DNA of 64,000 bases from Mobula birostris (Eukaryota), in the NCBI RefSeq assembly GCF_030028105.1, contig NC_092375.1, positions 39,283,130 to 39,347,129 on the forward strand, written 5' to 3'. The translations under genes and the position numbers were made by a program. This document shows positions 61,791 to 64,000 of the stretch, piece after piece (the stretch's first letter is position 1; the number at the start of each line of letters is the position of its first letter). The notes beneath the pieces were generated by a model, which was not told the origin of the DNA, ran no database searches, and saw nothing but the letters and a program-made list of their open reading frames with translations.

Positions 61791-63799
61791 TTGCATAAGT
61801 GCAATATGACATCTCAACTCTAATACACAATGCCCCAATCTATTATGCTGTTACCTTGTGCTGCCTCGTACAGGAAACTGCGGACATGCACTCCAAGATC
61901 ACTTGTACATCAACACACTTAAGATCCCTGACATTTCCACTATATGTCCTCACAGAATTTGACCTTCCAAGGTACATTAACTCATACATGTCTGGATTAA
62001 CTTCCATTTGCCACTGCCCTGTCCAATTTTCCAGCAGATCCATGTCCCTCTGTACCTTCAGACAATCTATTTTATGACCCCACCAATTTTTGTGTTGTCA
62101 GCAATACTAATCATACCACCTACATTTTCATCCAAGAAAATTACAACTGCATTTTACTACATTTCCTTGCACTTACAAAAGTTTCATTAAACTGAATTAC
62201 ATAGTCCATACATTATAAGGAAAATTAACATCCATCTAATTTCTGTCTGGATGGCATTTACCATATCTGAAATTGCCATATAATGAGGTGCAGTTTATTT
62301 GAAGTTTCATGTTCATTAAGGGAATAAAATATTGAAATTATCTCATTGTGATTATGTTTATAGATTAAAATAGTGAAATCTGTTAATTATACTAAAATTG
62401 TTTTCTTACATTACATATGGTATTTGTAACAAATTAATTTTGCTATAAATGTGTAAATTTCATTGTTTGACAGTTGTTCATACTTAAGGTTATCAAAATA
62501 AAATTTCTTCTGTTAATAACATAAATCAAAATGTGGAATAAATAAAAGATGTTGCCTATCAAGATCATTTTATTAACCAGAAGAAACTGTGTTTTAAAAA
62601 ATATATAACTTTATATTTATAAACTTTTGTGAGCTCACTGAATTTGGATACCAAGTACAGATATTAAAATGTGCATTTCACTGCACAATTTTCCATTGTA
62701 AATGAACCCTTTATATCAAAGATAAACAGGTATTTTTGTTACAGAAAAAGTCTAACTGCTATATATTTAGTGCGCACAGATATGTACTATTGCCAGAAGA
62801 GATTATCAACAAACAAATAACGTATCCCTTTCATGGGAGTTTCTGTTCTTGATAAAATTTGATTCAATTATACTGATACACCAACCTGTAACGATAATAA
62901 CTTTAATTAGAACAAGAACTCCGAAGATCTTTGTCAGAATCTCAAACTTGCATTTCCTTTATACCACGTCTAAAAAGTCCTACTGCATATGTTCGAGAAA
63001 GTAATACAAAAATAACTATAGAAGAAATGGATTGAAATTAAAAGCTTTACTGATCTTAGCCAGTTAAGAATTAATTAGTCAACTTAATTTTATGAAGTAA
63101 TGTGAAATCAATTCTCAAAGGTAGCTATCGTTAAAAGGTTTAAAAAATTTTGTTATTTCTCTAAATCATACTCATCAATGTCCATGGGAAAAGAATGGAA
63201 ATGTTGATTGGTTATAAAACATTTCTAAAGCTTGTATCATACTGTTACATCTCATGATATTTTAAAGTCATATCACCATGTTATTTGCCATTATTTCATT
63301 GCTTATTACAAACCTTGCATTTTCATATGAACAATTCCAAGTTATGAATAAAGCTGGATGCCCAAGAAGAGTATATGCTGGGGAAGTACCAGATGCCTTT
63401 TCAATTCCAAATTAGTTTGCATGGCTCTGGTGTTGACACTTGGAATGGGTCGGAGGAGCAGCTGTCTAGTCAACAAGTCCGTACTGTTGATTATCTGCAA
63501 AGCTGATTTTCAGCATATTCTGAACTGCGATGCCAGTGCACTGCAGTGTAGAATGAGGGAACTAACTGGAGATCTGAGGTGGCTGCATTTGATCTCTCCC
63601 TCTGTCCCAGGCTCACCACCCAATCACCTATTTTTCATTTGTCTTCCTAGCCTTACTCCAGCCACATCTGGTACATCTACAGTGGCCCAATCATTTGAAT
63701 GGGGCTGCTGATCTTCTCTGAAAAGGGAAATGCAGTAAGTCTATTTTACTTTAATTTACGTGGTTTTATTTTATTTAACGTATATCAAGTAGATAAGTC

Positions 63800-64000
63800 A
63801 ATTTATAACTGGTGACATAGAATGGTCAATACAAGTATGTCCTTTTACAGCAGAGAAGAGGAGGAATTTCTTGAGCCAGAGAGTGGTGAATATGTGGAAT
63901 TCATTGCCACAGACACCTGTGGAGGCCGAGTGATTGGATATAGTTAGAGTGGAGCTTGATAGGTTCTTGATTAGTAAGGGTATCAAAGGTTATGGGGAGA
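63800..64000 (+). mobile_element. CR1 3' fragment running off the window
   Basis: aatttcttgagccagagagtggtgaatatgtggaattcattgccacag...atcaaaggttatggggaga. Confidence 0.85.

Noticed and set aside
62911-63000. Naming this candidate exon DNAH14 (RSLSES...TAYVRE vs recalled RTFSES...EDYLRES)
   Set aside because: Similarity is too short and weak, two frames are open, and there is no syntenic support.

Overview
Vertebrate genomic DNA. The repeat content (CR1/HER1-type LINEs, V-SINEs, Rex1/Babar-type LINEs, Penelope-like elements) suggests a cartilaginous fish, probably a ray; this is inference. No CRISPR, rRNA or true tRNA genes are seen, and almost all listed ORFs are transposon pieces or their antisense shadows. 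The ORF track misses two short minus-strand exons of a CD247 (CD3-zeta) family gene: the 104-nt transmembrane exon (8902-9005; [27 protein letters not shown]) and a 42-nt cytoplasmic exon (288-329). I could not find a convincing leader exon, so much or all of 9-64 kb may be intron 1. Three results stand out. (1) A ~1.17-kb Gypsy-type LTR element has its gag/pol replaced by a spliced-looking RBM25 cDNA fragment: 5' LTR, tRNA-Ser primer site, RBM25 RRM region, Gypsy pol tail, PPT, truncated 3' LTR. This is LTR-mediated host gene capture. (2) Penelope-derived elements carry minimal hammerhead ribozymes, including palindromic twin-ribozyme mini-elements with target-site duplications and one intact ribozyme on the CD247 sense strand. 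(3) Head-to-head (5'-to-5') retroelement fusions recur in Penelope, CR1 and Rex1 copies. All identifications are by eye and from recalled sequences, with no database search. Boundaries of decayed repeats are approximate.
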